DNA of 64,000 bases from Acidobacteriota bacterium (GTDB taxonomy: Bacteria; Acidobacteriota; UBA6911; RPQK01; JAJDTT01): assembly GCA_965217775.1 (NCBI GenBank), contig CBDCJH010000002.1, positions 1,504,001 to 1,568,000 of the forward strand, read 5' to 3'. The position numbers were made by a program, and so were the translations under genes. Under the pieces are notes generated by a model. That model was not told the origin of the DNA. It was given only the letters and a program-made list of their open reading frames with translations, and made no database searches. Position 1 is the stretch's first letter; each line of letters begins with the position of its first letter. Of this stretch, positions 39,758-49,947 are shown piece after piece.

Positions 39758-42586
39758 CTAGTGATAACTGATGGAGACCGACTCCAGGACCGGTGAGTTT
39801 GCCGAACCGGGACTGAGGAGGCTGGCCTTGTACTGGATCCAACGGGTCCCCTCGCCGGGGTCCGGCAATTGGGAGCCGGACTGCTTGTAGTAGCTACCCG
39901 GGCCCTCCGGTCCGGTCCAGGTGGCCGACTCCAATCCCTCCCGGGTGGCAGCCCAGCGCACCTGGAATTCCAGGCCGGTGCGGAATGGGGTCTCCCCTTC
40001 CCAGGTGATGGTTCCGAAGCGCTCCACGGAACCGGCGTCGAATGGCGGAGAAACGTAGTCGTAGCGATGGCCCCGATCATAGGCATGACCCGGATCGGAG
40101 GCAAGATGGTGGGGTCCCAGGACCGGCAGGGAAGTCCGGCGCTCGGTGGAGAAACCCTCGGGGCCGCCCCAGTAGAGGAAGGCGTCGTTCCTGTGGTTCC
40201 CCTGCTTGGAGTGGCAGCCGAACAGGATGTCCACGTGGCCGTCCAGGTCGAAGTCGTTGGCGATGACCCCGGAAGCGGAGTTGCTGGGGATCTCCATCTT
40301 GCGGGAGGGATCGAAGCCGGAGGGACCGTTCCAATAGATTCTTGAGGGGTGGCTGCGCGTGTAACCGGCATGGTAACTGCTCAGGACCATGTCCAGGAAT
40401 CCGTTCCCGTTCAAGTCGGCCACGGCGGCGGCGGAGTTTCCCACCGAGGGCAGGATGGTCCGGTTCGATTCAGCGTAGCCTTGGGCACCGCCCCAATAGA
40501 TGAAGGTGTCTCCCTCCGCGGAGCCGCCGAAGGATCGGGACTTGCCTGGCTCCGGGTCCCGGTCGTAGAGGTTGCTGGCGATCACTTCCAGAAAGCCGTT
40601 CCCGTCCAGATCGGCCACCTCGACTCCGACCGAAACCCGGGAAGGCAAATCCGTCTTGCGGTCATTGTCGAATCCCAGCGGACTGTTCCAGTAGACCACC
40701 ACCTTGTTGAGGGTCCCGCTGAAGATCACATCGATCCAACCATCACGATTCAGGTCGCCGATGGTGTGCTCCCGGATGCTGCCGATCCGGAAGATGAAGC
40801 GGTTGTCGTTCGAGAATCCCTCCGGCCCGCCCCAGAAGAGGCTGGTGGCCTCGGTGCCCGGGCGCCACTGGGTGAAGGAGGCGTCCAGGTAACCGTCCCG
40901 GTTGAAGTCGGCGAGCCGGGAAGAAAAGCTGATCTCGGTCTCGAGGACGGTCCGATTGGACGCGGAGTACCCGGAAACCGACCCCCAGTAGATGGCCGGA
41001 CTCGGGCTCTTTCTGTAGATGGAGGGGAACAGGAGATCCACATGGCCGTCGCGGTTGATGTCCGCGCTGGAGCAGTATCCGTTGCCTGTGGGCAACAATT
41101 GTCGGCGAGCCGGCTCGAATCGCCCCTTGGGGCCGCCCCAGTAGATGTAAGCCGGGATGCCGTGGGTGGTGTCGGCGGCATGGACGAAGACGAGGTCCTT
41201 GCTGCCGTCTCCGTCCAGGTCTCCTGCCTGGACCCCGGTGGCCTCGTAAGTGGGCAACTCGGTCCGCCACTCGGTCGAGTAACCCTCCGGGCCGCCCCAA
41301 TAGACGTATGCCCGGGGATTCCTGTGTGTCGGCGAACCTTGCTGCGAGAAGACCACTTCGGGGTAGCCGTCCTCGTTCAGATCCTCCACCAGGCAACGGG
41401 TCGGCGACAGCGTGGGAATCAACGTCCGCCGATGGGAGCGATAGCCGTCGGACGATCCCCAGTAGATGAAGGACGCCAAACCGGATTTGTTGGCGAAGAC
41501 CAGATCGGGGTGGCCGTCCCGGTTCAGGTCTCCCGCCGCCACGTCCGAGGCCCCTACGGTGGGCAGAAACGTTCTGGAATCGGTCGAGTATCCATTGGCC
41601 GAACCCCAGTAGATGGACGAGGGCACGCTGACCGTGTCCACGATGTTGTACATGCCCATCTCCCGGGTCTTGAGCCGGTAGGCGTTGGCCAGGACGATCT
41701 CCGGGAAACCGTCGCCGTTCAGGTCGGCGACTTCGACTGCCGAGGACCGGTCACCGGGAAGCTGGACCGCCTCGCGGCGGGTGTAGTCTCCGTCCGCCGT
41801 GCCCCAGTAGAGGAGGGCGCCCCCCTCCGCGTCCGTATTCCCCTCGTTGGCGAAAACCAGGTCCAGGTGCCCGTCCCGGTCCAGGTCGGCCACCTCCACG
41901 TCCCGGCCGTTCACGGTCCTGAGCACTTGCCGCCGTTCGGCGGAGTAACCATCCGGCGACCCCCAATAGACGAAGGATTCATTGTGCGGGTCCACCGTCA
42001 CGTGGTAGTCCAATCCGCTGTTGGCGAAGACGATATCCGGGTGTCCGTCCCGGTTCAGATCCTCCACTGCCACCGTCCGGGCGCCCCGGGTGGGGAGGCC
42101 GCTGCGGCCGGCGGCCTGAGGTCCCCCCTTGGCGCCGCGGTAGATGAAAGATTCCAGGTCGGTGCGGGTTCCGTTGAAGTTGTTGGCCACGATCAACTCG
42201 GCGTTGCCGTCTCCGTCGAGATCGGCGATGGCGCCGTCATGTCCCCCGTTGGTGGGCAGCCGGCTCTGGCGTCGGGGCGAGTATCCCTCGCCTCCCCCCC
42301 AGTAGATGAAAAGGTCCGCCCGCTCGTGGGGATCGTGGTCATTGGGGAAAATGATGTCGACACGTCCGTCCTGATTCAGGTCTAGGAGCTTGATGAGGAC
42401 CACCTGACCTTGAGCGGTGACGTAGGTGTTGACGCCTCCGTCGCTGAAGCTCCCGTCGGCGAAATCGAGGAAGGAGGATGACGTCCAGGCCTTCTCCCCG
42501 GCCGCGAGAGGCGGAGCGGCCCAGATCAACGCCAGCACGGTCAACACTCGAACCGAAGCCGTTTGAATCGAGTTCCCAAGGATCAT
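39758..42586 (-). CDS. Secreted FG-GAP/VCBS repeat protein
   Basis: More than ten (A)DL(N/D)xDGxxD(L/I)VF...(I/V)YWG repeats; signal peptide. Confidence 0.9.
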   Translation of the reverse strand: MILGNSIQTASVRVLTVLALIWAAPPLAAGEKAWTSSSFLDFADGSFSDGGVNTYVTAQGQVVLIKLLDLNQDGRVDIIFPNDHDPHERADLFIYWGGGEGYSPRRQSRLPTNGGHDGAIADLDGDGNAELIVANNFNGTRTDLESFIYRGAKGGPQAAGRSGLPTRGARTVAVEDLNRDGHPDIVFANSGLDYHVTVDPHNESFVYWGSPDGYSAERRQVLRTVNGRDVEVADLDRDGHLDLVFANEGNTDAEGGALLYWGTADGDYTRREAVQLPGDRSSAVEVADLNGDGFPEIVLANAYRLKTREMGMYNIVDTVSVPSSIYWGSANGYSTDSRTFLPTVGASDVAAGDLNRDGHPDLVFANKSGLASFIYWGSSDGYRSHRRTLIPTLSPTRCLVEDLNEDGYPEVVFSQQGSPTHRNPRAYVYWGGPEGYSTEWRTELPTYEATGVQAGDLDGDGSKDLVFVHAADTTHGIPAYIYWGGPKGRFEPARRQLLPTGNGYCSSADINRDGHVDLLFPSIYRKSPSPAIYWGSVSGYSASNRTVLETEISFSSRLADFNRDGYLDASFTQWRPGTEATSLFWGGPEGFSNDNRFIFRIGSIREHTIGDLNRDGWIDVIFSGTLNKVVVYWNSPLGFDNDRKTDLPSRVSVGVEVADLDGNGFLEVIASNLYDRDPEPGKSRSFGGSAEGDTFIYWGGAQGYAESNRTILPSVGNSAAAVADLNGNGFLDMVLSSYHAGYTRSHPSRIYWNGPSGFDPSRKMEIPSNSASGVIANDFDLDGHVDILFGCHSKQGNHRNDAFLYWGGPEGFSTERRTSLPVLGPHHLASDPGHAYDRGHRYDYVSPPFDAGSVERFGTITWEGETPFRTGLEFQVRWAATREGLESATWTGPEGPGSYYKQSGSQLPDPGEGTRWIQYKASLLSPGSANSPVLESVSISYH

Positions 42587-42691
42587 GACGGTATTTCCTT
42601 TCTGTCGGCACCCGGAAGTATGTGGCGCCTAGTCTACACCGGAGACACAGGCGTAGGGGCACCCCTTGTGGGTGCCCTCTTTGGCGCTTGG

Positions 42692-43030
42692 TCACTTGGG
42701 AGGAAGGGACTCGGCATAGGTGGCGGCCCGCTTGACCCACGTTTCCAGATCATGGTCAGACTCGATTCCGGCCGGCTCGACCAGGGCCCACCCCTTCATC
42801 ACCCGGCCTGTGATGTCCGCCGGCTTCGTGTGCGGTTCCGCCAGCGTCCTGTCGTGGTCCTTCTTGTCCAGCCGCACGATGAGCGAACCCCTCCAGGTGC
42901 CGACGCACATGTTGCCGTGGATCATGAAACAGATGCCGCCGAACATTTTTCTTTCGGAAACGCCCTCACGTCCCGAGAGAACCTCACGGACCCGATCTGC
43001 CAGAACGCCGTCGTCCAACTCCGCACGCAT
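42692..43030 (-). CDS. TfoX/Sxy N-terminal family protein
   Basis: ERKMFGGICFMIHGNMCVG...GRVMKGW...SLPPK. Confidence 0.88.
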   Translation of the reverse strand: MRAELDDGVLADRVREVLSGREGVSERKMFGGICFMIHGNMCVGTWRGSLIVRLDKKDHDRTLAEPHTKPADITGRVMKGWALVEPAGIESDHDLETWVKRAATYAESLPPK

Positions 43031-43062
43031 CCGTTCTATTTACCCGATTGGAGGGGGGACTG

Positions 43063-43779
43063 TTAGTCCCCCATTCTTCTTTCGCCCGTTCGCTTGTTGC
43101 CCTGCTGTGTCTCTGGAGTTCGGCGATTGGAAGTCGCCGCTCGTATTCGGCGACTGTAAATCGCCGCTTCCCGCGACTTGGGAATCGGCAGCCCACCCCA
43201 GACGCGCAAGACCTGACCTGACATCGTTCCCTCGATGGCCTGGACGTACAATTCAGCGCACTGCTCTGCTGTCACCGCTCCCCGTCCTTCACGTCCAGGC
43301 TCGACCACGGGGCCCGGACTTACGACGTTGACCCGAATGCCACGAGGCCAAAACCGGGCCGTGTGTTCCACGAAGGTTTCGAGCGCCGCATTGAACGGTC
43401 CCGTGGCGATACCGCGCCGGTATGAGTAGTGGCTCAGGAATCCGCTGGTCAACGTAAACGAGCCGCCGTCTTGAATCGTCGGTTGCCCCAACGTCATTAA
43501 CCGGATCTGGGACAGGAACTTCCTCTCGAATCCGTAGCGATAGTCGTCATCGACCAAATCATCGAACGGGAGAAATCGACTATCGTCGCCCACGGCCGAG
43601 ACGAGCGCATCGTAGGCCCCGACTGTTGCGAACATGCTACGCACCGACTCTGTATCGGTATAGTCACACTGCACGTCACCGTCTGCCAGCCCGACTCGAA
43701 CCACTTGATGTTTGGCGGATACGGCCTTGTCGACCCCACGACCGATCTTGCCGGATGCCCCGACGAGGATCACTTTCAT
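43063..43779 (-). CDS. Short-chain dehydrogenase with a REP-derived C-terminal extension
   Basis: MKVILVGASGKIG, GGSFTLTSG, GIRVNVVSPG; the tail after GQVLRVWGG runs through palindromic repeats. Confidence 0.8.
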   Translation of the reverse strand: MKVILVGASGKIGRGVDKAVSAKHQVVRVGLADGDVQCDYTDTESVRSMFATVGAYDALVSAVGDDSRFLPFDDLVDDDYRYGFERKFLSQIRLMTLGQPTIQDGGSFTLTSGFLSHYSYRRGIATGPFNAALETFVEHTARFWPRGIRVNVVSPGPVVEPGREGRGAVTAEQCAELYVQAIEGTMSGQVLRVWGGLPIPKSREAAIYSRRIRAATSNRRTPETQQGNKRTGERRMGD

Positions 43780-43794
43780 CTCAAGATCTCCTGA

Positions 43795-44502
43795 TCAGAC
43801 GGATCGCGTGATTCCTCCATCGACACGAATATTCTGTCCCGTGATGTAGGCACCGCCGTCGGAGGCCAGAAAGGCGATGACCTCGGCAATCTCCTCCGTC
43901 GTGCCGTAGCGCTGCAGCGGGATGCGGTCGCGATACTCCCGGTTCTCGGGAAAATTGTTGATGAACCCGGGTAGGACGTTGTTCATGCGAATGTTATCAG
44001 AGGCGTACTTGTCCGAAAACAGTTTCGCAAAGGCCGCCAATCCGGCCCGGAACACCCCGGAGGTCGGAAAAGCAGATTCCGGCTCGAACGCGGCGAAGGT
44101 GGAGATGTTGACGATCACCCCACACTTCTGCCGCTGCATGATGGGTGTGACCAAGCGTGTCGGACGAACGGCACTAAGGAAATAGACCTCCATACCTTGG
44201 TGCCAGTCGTTATCCGAGAGTTCGAGGATCGGCGCTCTCGGACCGTGTCCTGCGCTGTTCACCAGCACGTCGACCCGGCCCCATCTTTCCATGGTGAGAT
44301 CCACGAGGCGCTTCAGGTCGTCATTTGACTGATTGGACCCCGTAACACCGACGCCGCCGAGCTTCGTTGCCAGGGCTTCCCCTTTGCCCGAGGAAGACAG
44401 GATGGAGACGCTAAATCCGTCAGCGGCGAACCTCCGCGCCGTAGCGGCTCCCATGCCACTTCCCCCAGCAGTGACGATCACGACTTTTTTTCCGTTGTCC
44501 AT
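43795..44502 (-). CDS. SDR family oxidoreductase
   Basis: TAGGSGMG, LVNSAG, NNVLPG, YITGQNIRVDGG. Confidence 0.9.
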   Translation of the reverse strand: MDNGKKVVIVTAGGSGMGAATARRFAADGFSVSILSSSGKGEALATKLGGVGVTGSNQSNDDLKRLVDLTMERWGRVDVLVNSAGHGPRAPILELSDNDWHQGMEVYFLSAVRPTRLVTPIMQRQKCGVIVNISTFAAFEPESAFPTSGVFRAGLAAFAKLFSDKYASDNIRMNNVLPGFINNFPENREYRDRIPLQRYGTTEEIAEVIAFLASDGGAYITGQNIRVDGGITRSV

Positions 44503-44768
44503 TTCTGCACGCATCGGTTCATTATTACTCGATTAGAGGAGCAACTGGGAGGGGACTTTTAGTCCTTACTGTCCCTCAGTCAACTACTAACAAACATTAA
44601 CGTTTTCAGTTATTTACCGGGTTCTTCGCCGAATCGGTAAGGTAGTTGACTCGCTATGTATGAGGTGCTGAACAGGCAGCAGATTTCGCGCTTCCCCGTT
44701 TCCCTTCTCCGTTCTGTTCCGCTGCTCGGAACCATTGTGAATTCGGTCTGTCGACCAATTGCCAACCC

Positions 44769-45045
44769 ATGAAGGACCGTCTGCCATCCATAGTTGATTT
44801 TCGTCGGGGACTACGTGAGATCGATCAGTGTCCACTTGATGACGCTGGCCGAACGGGGTGCCTACGTCCATCTACGATGCCTGAATCGGCAAGACGGAAG
44901 ATTGCAAGAATACCCCAAAAAACTTGCGAAACGAACGGCAGATGTTGGCCGCGCACTGTCGGGAATGGGCCGCAAAATTGGACGGTCAGATCGGACTCCG
45001 GTCAAGGACCGCCGCCGCCACTTCCTCGCCTCCGATCCGCCCTAA
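44769..45045 (+). pseudogene. Frameshifted remnant of a DUF1376/YdaU-like phage replication protein
   Basis: MKDRLP.. then a shifted frame IFVGDYVRSISVHLMTLAERGAYVHL...DGRL...KKLAK, resembling the YVGDY...LSxxExGAY pattern. Confidence 0.5.
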
Positions 45046-45084
45046 CGGACAGAGGATGCTTAGAGAATGCTCAGTACCAAACGG

Positions 45085-45957
45085 CTACGTTTTTGGCAAC
45101 GACTTAAACAGTTCGTAAATGCGAGCATTGAGTTGGGCGGCTCCACCAGGAGCGCTACGGACGAAGGACTGGTCCAGAAGATTGACCAAAGGTCCACATC
45201 GGCCTCCGCAGAGGACAGTATCCACGCCGAACTCTCGACTCCAGTCGAATGTCAATTTTGCGCCGCATTTTGGACAGCTCTCGTAAGAGAAGGAGAGTTC
45301 CCGCCGTCTATTTTTGGGCAATTTTCTGAGTGCGTCCTCGATGGCTTCTTGGTGTGTCACATCCACAACAACAGACAAGCCGGGAAGAAGGCCGCGCTCC
45401 GTATCCTCAGGCACGTGTTGGACTAAGGTACCGATGATCCGGGGTCCGTTAGGTGTCAAACAAAAGACAGGACCACCACTGACGCCGGCGACACTGGTCC
45501 CATGTACCCAGTAGCGATTTTGCTCTGTGTCTACTGCACTGATGCACCCACGGAAGAAACACGGGCTAGTGATGGGGACTGGCAGTGCGGGGTAGCCGAG
45601 CCAACCAACCTCAATTCCTGGCTTGATGAGACCTTTCTCTTCGCTCTTTATGGTTGGTACGGAAGCCTTTGGCATCGCGTGGTCGATTACGGCCAATCCT
45701 ATAGAGTCCAATGGGCTCTTAGGCGTTAGGAGGATAGCCTGTTCCTTTGGGGTAGTGATGGGATGTACCCCCAAGGCATGAATTATGTATAGCCTCGGCG
45801 TTTCTTGGAAAGGCTCCAGTACATGAGGAGCCGTTGCAATACAACGGGAGCCTCCTTTTGTTGCGTAGTGAATAAAACCTGTCCCTATGCGTGAGACCGT
45901 GTGCAGCTTCACGACTTGCGGAGTAACTTGTGCTATGAGTGACGACCAATCAGGCAT
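45085..45957 (-). CDS. Trypsin-like serine protease with C-terminal Cys cluster
   Basis: GTGF...IATAPHV (His), DSIG (Asp), GVSGGPVF (Ser); C-terminal CPKCG...CGGRCG; no signal peptide. Confidence 0.75.
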   Translation of the reverse strand: MPDWSSLIAQVTPQVVKLHTVSRIGTGFIHYATKGGSRCIATAPHVLEPFQETPRLYIIHALGVHPITTPKEQAILLTPKSPLDSIGLAVIDHAMPKASVPTIKSEEKGLIKPGIEVGWLGYPALPVPITSPCFFRGCISAVDTEQNRYWVHGTSVAGVSGGPVFCLTPNGPRIIGTLVQHVPEDTERGLLPGLSVVVDVTHQEAIEDALRKLPKNRRRELSFSYESCPKCGAKLTFDWSREFGVDTVLCGGRCGPLVNLLDQSFVRSAPGGAAQLNARIYELFKSLPKT

Positions 45958-46018
45958 AGCTTGCTGCCGGTTTGGAAACGATGAAAGTAGGCGACGTCGG
46001 TAACCCCACACGTCCTGT

Positions 46019-46474
46019 TCAACCTTCATAATGCAGAGTCTTGTAGACAGGCTCGCCCTTCGTGCCGTCTTTATAGAGCGGGGTCTGTTTTATTTCGTAG
46101 GTAGTGTCAGGTTCAAGGTATGTAATTTCACACCAGTCAAGGGGCGTTTTGAAGCCGATACTCCACTGCTCAGTGCCCTTCTTCCGCAATTGGACTATCC
46201 AGACGCATGTAGAGTACAGATCAAAAGCGTAGGGGAGTGTTTCTGTTAGTTCAAACTCGGTCAGGGTTATCTCGAATGCCCACTTGGTATTATTCCAGGT
46301 GATGGGAGGAGTTTTTGGCTTTCGCAACTGAACGGCGTTATTGGGTAGCATGTTTTGTTCCTTCCGCATGCTGGCTTCGGGTATAGGGACAGCACAGCCT
46401 CTCCCATACCGCCAGCCTATCGACGGCCCCTGACGCATGCTTGCAGGCTGTCTGCGCATAGTCTCCGACTTCAT
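46019..46474 (-). CDS. Hypothetical protein with a fibronectin-III-like C-terminal half
   Basis: VQLRKKGTEQW...CEITYLEPDTTYEI...GTKGEP resembles the FN3 consensus; start uncertain. Confidence 0.45.
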   Translation of the reverse strand: MKSETMRRQPASMRQGPSIGWRYGRGCAVPIPEASMRKEQNMLPNNAVQLRKPKTPPITWNNTKWAFEITLTEFELTETLPYAFDLYSTCVWIVQLRKKGTEQWSIGFKTPLDWCEITYLEPDTTYEIKQTPLYKDGTKGEPVYKTLHYEG

Positions 46475-47676
46475 TCCGTGAACAAGTGAAGGATGTAGCC
46501 GATAAGCTGCCCGCTCATAATTCCTCAGGGAATCATCACGCTGGGAGAGCAGGTCCTGGTAGCGACTACATCCTGTCTATCTTACGACGGGAATCAGGTA
46601 GAAGGTGTTATAATCGGACACGGTTTCGGTTATCCCGTTCTTCTCTCCTGCGGTAGAGATGCAACTGCTTGCGGTAAATTTCGCAATCGGCGTCGCCGGG
46701 AGAGAGGAAGAGTTTCGATTGTCCGTTTCCTCTACCTTACTTTACCAGACAGGGGTGACTCAGGAGGGATCGGCTCTTGGGTTCGTTAGTCAAGTTTATA
46801 ATCCCCCTCTATAGCGGACCAGCCCATTGATCCGACGCGCTCGGTGCGGGGAATCTCGGGAGCCTGGACACCCGAACCGATCCAGGCGTCCATGAGCTAC
46901 GAGCGGACCTGCGCCGGATGGCGAGACTATCGGGTCGGGCCAGGTGAGCAGGATTGCGAACGCTACGGGGCGGTCGCGGAGACAGTTCCGCACTTGGCAG
47001 TCGCAAAGGTTTCCGGCGACTCGTTTCGGCTGGGCGCAACGGGGGTTTCGTGCCGATCCAGGAGTGTGAATGGGACACGCCGGGTAGATTCACAAATGGC
47101 GGTCCCAGTCATTCACAAATACGCTTTCCCCGATCTCTTTGCCTTTCAGGCAGTTACGGCCCCATAACCCCGGGTCCGCGGTGCCGATCGGGGAGAACGG
47201 AGGTGGACGGGAGCGACCCCCCCCCTTTTTTCCTCCCGGATCAGCATCTTGGCAGGCGCTGGTTTCACACGCGCCGCGTCGCCTGGGGGGGGGCGCTCCC
47301 GTCCCAATTATCCCTGGCGGGAAGGCCAGAAATGACACCTGTGGTGTGGCAGGCTAGGATCCGATGAGCGCCCGGAACGGCAACTTGGAACGGTCCCTCC
47401 ATCAGGCGGCCAAGGCGCTGCCGTAGACGGCCTCTGATGGCCTGGAACGAACCGACGAAAGGTTAGGTAAGCACTCCCCGACCCAACACTCCACCGCCTC
47501 GATCCGCACCCGACGGCTCACCGCCAGCCGGTCGATCTCATGCAATTGTCTTTTCACTACGTCGGTCATGGCCTCCGGGTCCGCCGTCGCGGAGCGAGCT
47601 GCGGGAGTGGGGCTCCATAGGAGGTTTTAAGAGTCCCTTGCTTCGGTCGAGGATCTTTTGCAATCCCGGGCCAAAC

Positions 47677-48849
47677 TCAAGGCCCATGCTGTTGGTTGGA
47701 GCGCCATTGATCGACCATCCAATCCATGACACTGATGAATTCAGTCAATCGACCACTCCTGACGAGTTCCGAAAGGTTGATGGCAGGCCATCCTGTCATG
47801 CCTGCTCTGCTGAGCGAAAATCCAGGGATTCCAATTAGCTTCTCCCGAAGCGAATCCCTGACTTCCTCCCGGTCAAACGGTGCGCGACGCCGTAAGGCTG
47901 TCATGCACAGCCACGTCGCCCTTGCGCTTTTCTCCATCTGGAGCAACGCTACTGATCCGGGAAGCCGGATCAGGCACTGTGGTCCGCGAGTCGTGGTTTC
48001 GAACGTGAGATCGAGGTCCGCCTTCCTCGACCAAGCAAGGATCTCGCGCACTGCCTGCAATACGTTTCCGTCTCGGTCTGCGTGGGTACGAACAGCATTC
48101 AGGAAGGTCTCTTCTTCCATGGCAACTCGTCCTGGTCTCGGTCGCTGTATCTGCTTGGCTTGCCTCCTCGCCTCCGTTTGTCCCGTAACTCTTGGGACCA
48201 AGACTCTGACTCCCTCGCCCGTAAACTGGGGAATCTCAACCGCAAGCGCTTCCGTAGGAGTCATCACCTCGTTGAGGAACTCAATGATCTGCCGCAGCTC
48301 TGTGGGAATCGTATTCGCTACGAAAAGCAGCCGAATTCTCTTGTCGCGAAGATTGCTCTCCACGGCATCCCAAAAGTGATCCACATAGGATTCATCCGCT
48401 TCGCTGGCGCGTCCGAGAAAATCCTGAAGTTTCGAACTCGCGTTCTCGCCGTCTCTTCTGCAACCTTCCTCGAATTGCGACCGAACCCAGCCGACAGGCC
48501 AGTGCACTGTTGAGTTTGCCGCATAGTCGAGCATCTGTCCGACGACCTCTCGACGGATCCTGCTGTCCGAACTCCGCTTGACCTCGACGAGCGTGGGGAT
48601 GCCATCCTGATCGAGAAACAGGTGGTCGAGCGACCATCGGCCCACACCCGTGTCGTCGTGGACGGTCATTTCACGCGCGACTAGCAGAAACCTGCGGGGA
48701 GAATCGGGATTGATCTGTTCGCCGCCGAGGAGATCCGGATGCTCAGCCAGGATGGTCTGTAGCAAGTCCTCGGAGTCGTACTCTGCCTCGTCCAATGGGG
48801 TAAGTTCATTGTTCGGGTGCAGCAAAAAAATCCGGCCACTTTGCGTCAT
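47677..48849 (-). CDS. PD-(D/E)xK nuclease, NucS/DUF91-like N-terminal domain
   Basis: SEDLLQ...HPDLL, WSLDHLFLDQDGIPTLVEVKR...RREVVGQMLDYAAN. Confidence 0.75.
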   Translation of the reverse strand: MTQSGRIFLLHPNNELTPLDEAEYDSEDLLQTILAEHPDLLGGEQINPDSPRRFLLVAREMTVHDDTGVGRWSLDHLFLDQDGIPTLVEVKRSSDSRIRREVVGQMLDYAANSTVHWPVGWVRSQFEEGCRRDGENASSKLQDFLGRASEADESYVDHFWDAVESNLRDKRIRLLFVANTIPTELRQIIEFLNEVMTPTEALAVEIPQFTGEGVRVLVPRVTGQTEARRQAKQIQRPRPGRVAMEEETFLNAVRTHADRDGNVLQAVREILAWSRKADLDLTFETTTRGPQCLIRLPGSVALLQMEKSARATWLCMTALRRRAPFDREEVRDSLREKLIGIPGFSLSRAGMTGWPAINLSELVRSGRLTEFISVMDWMVDQWRSNQQHGP

Positions 48850-48873
48850 GCGAGTCAATTCGTCCGCTGTCGG

Positions 48874-49703
48874 TCAAACTCTTCGGAGCAAGCTCTGCGA
48901 GCAAGAGTCAGCTTGCCAACGGTTTCGCCATTCTATCGGATCCAGAAGTGACAGGAAGCGCCGATCCTGAAACACGAACGGGTTGAGGTCTGCAGGATCG
49001 ATACCGATGGCAACCAAATCATCGTCACTGAAGCTGACATGGCCGCTCGATTCAGCGACCGTTGAAGTGCTTACGGTAATCTTCTCCCGCGGTCTGCTTG
49101 TCGTGCGAGAATTCCGCGCGATCCCGGTGCGATCAGCAATAGATTCACTCAACCGTAGCAAGGCCATGACATGCCGCAACGTTTGCATCACCCAAGGCCG
49201 TTCTGCGAGGCGTAGCAACGTCTCGACACAGACCTGCACATAGTCTGCGTTGCTTTGCCAACGGCCTTCGAACAACCGGGCGTTTCCGAACCACGTCCCC
49301 ACGTTCGAGACGAAGACGTCTTCGACGGGAACCTCAAGCTGTGATACGGGGTCGTTGAAGACCGCCCCGTTCAGCCACTCGCACAAATGTTGCAGGCTCG
49401 GCTCTTTGTTCTCGCGGCAGGCGAGTGCCGCAAGATGGATCAATGCTTCAATCCGGGTGGTCGCGCTGTGATTCTCCGGCCGGGTCAGCAGTCCGGCCAG
49501 AGGGGCCGCACCACAGGGAAGGTGAATTCCTTTAGATGCCCCAGCAGCTTGCCGAGGCGCACGGCCATACCTCTGATTTCGCGCAACTCACCAGTTGCGG
49601 CGTTCGCCATGAGCGTGGCGGCAACCTCGCCATGCATATCGAGCGATGTCCTTCTCAAGGACGGCGTTCCTCCGAGGGACGGTCGGCCGATCTTTTCCGC
49701 CAA
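48874..49703 (-). pseudogene. Frameshifted, truncated N-terminal part of a larger hypothetical protein
   Basis: ORF 49485-49703 shifts frame near 49500 into LAGLLTRPENHSATTRIEALIHLAALAC..., continuous with ORF 48874-49443. Confidence 0.5.
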
Positions 49704-49947
49704 CCTTGCAAGTCAAGTCTGGAGAACCGGGACACGATGTGTGATCGCTACGGCGCATGTTGGCCCGCGACCTGCAGGGCAAGTCTAGCAGTCCGTGGTG
49801 AAAGTCCCGCGAGCACCGAGACCGTTCCTGCGCCCGCCGGACAAGGCGCTTCGGAGGGAGCATACCGGGAGTATGTGAGCCGATAGCAACGCAGTCCGCC
49901 GGGATGCAGGGACGGTCGAATGCCGTGGCGACTTTTGCCACGGGCTG

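Noticed and set aside
40349-42385. Long alternative ORFs (also 575-1354, 4590-6308, 27087-28727, 33854-35488, 34995-37046, 52789-55224)
   Set aside because: They are antisense or shifted-frame shadows of real genes in GC-rich DNA and contain no motifs.
44578-44651. AGTCAACTAC...GTAGTTGACT as a pair of transposon ends matching 46785-46806
   Set aside because: Only 10 bp, the outer bases do not match the GGGGATTAT end, and no TSD could be found.
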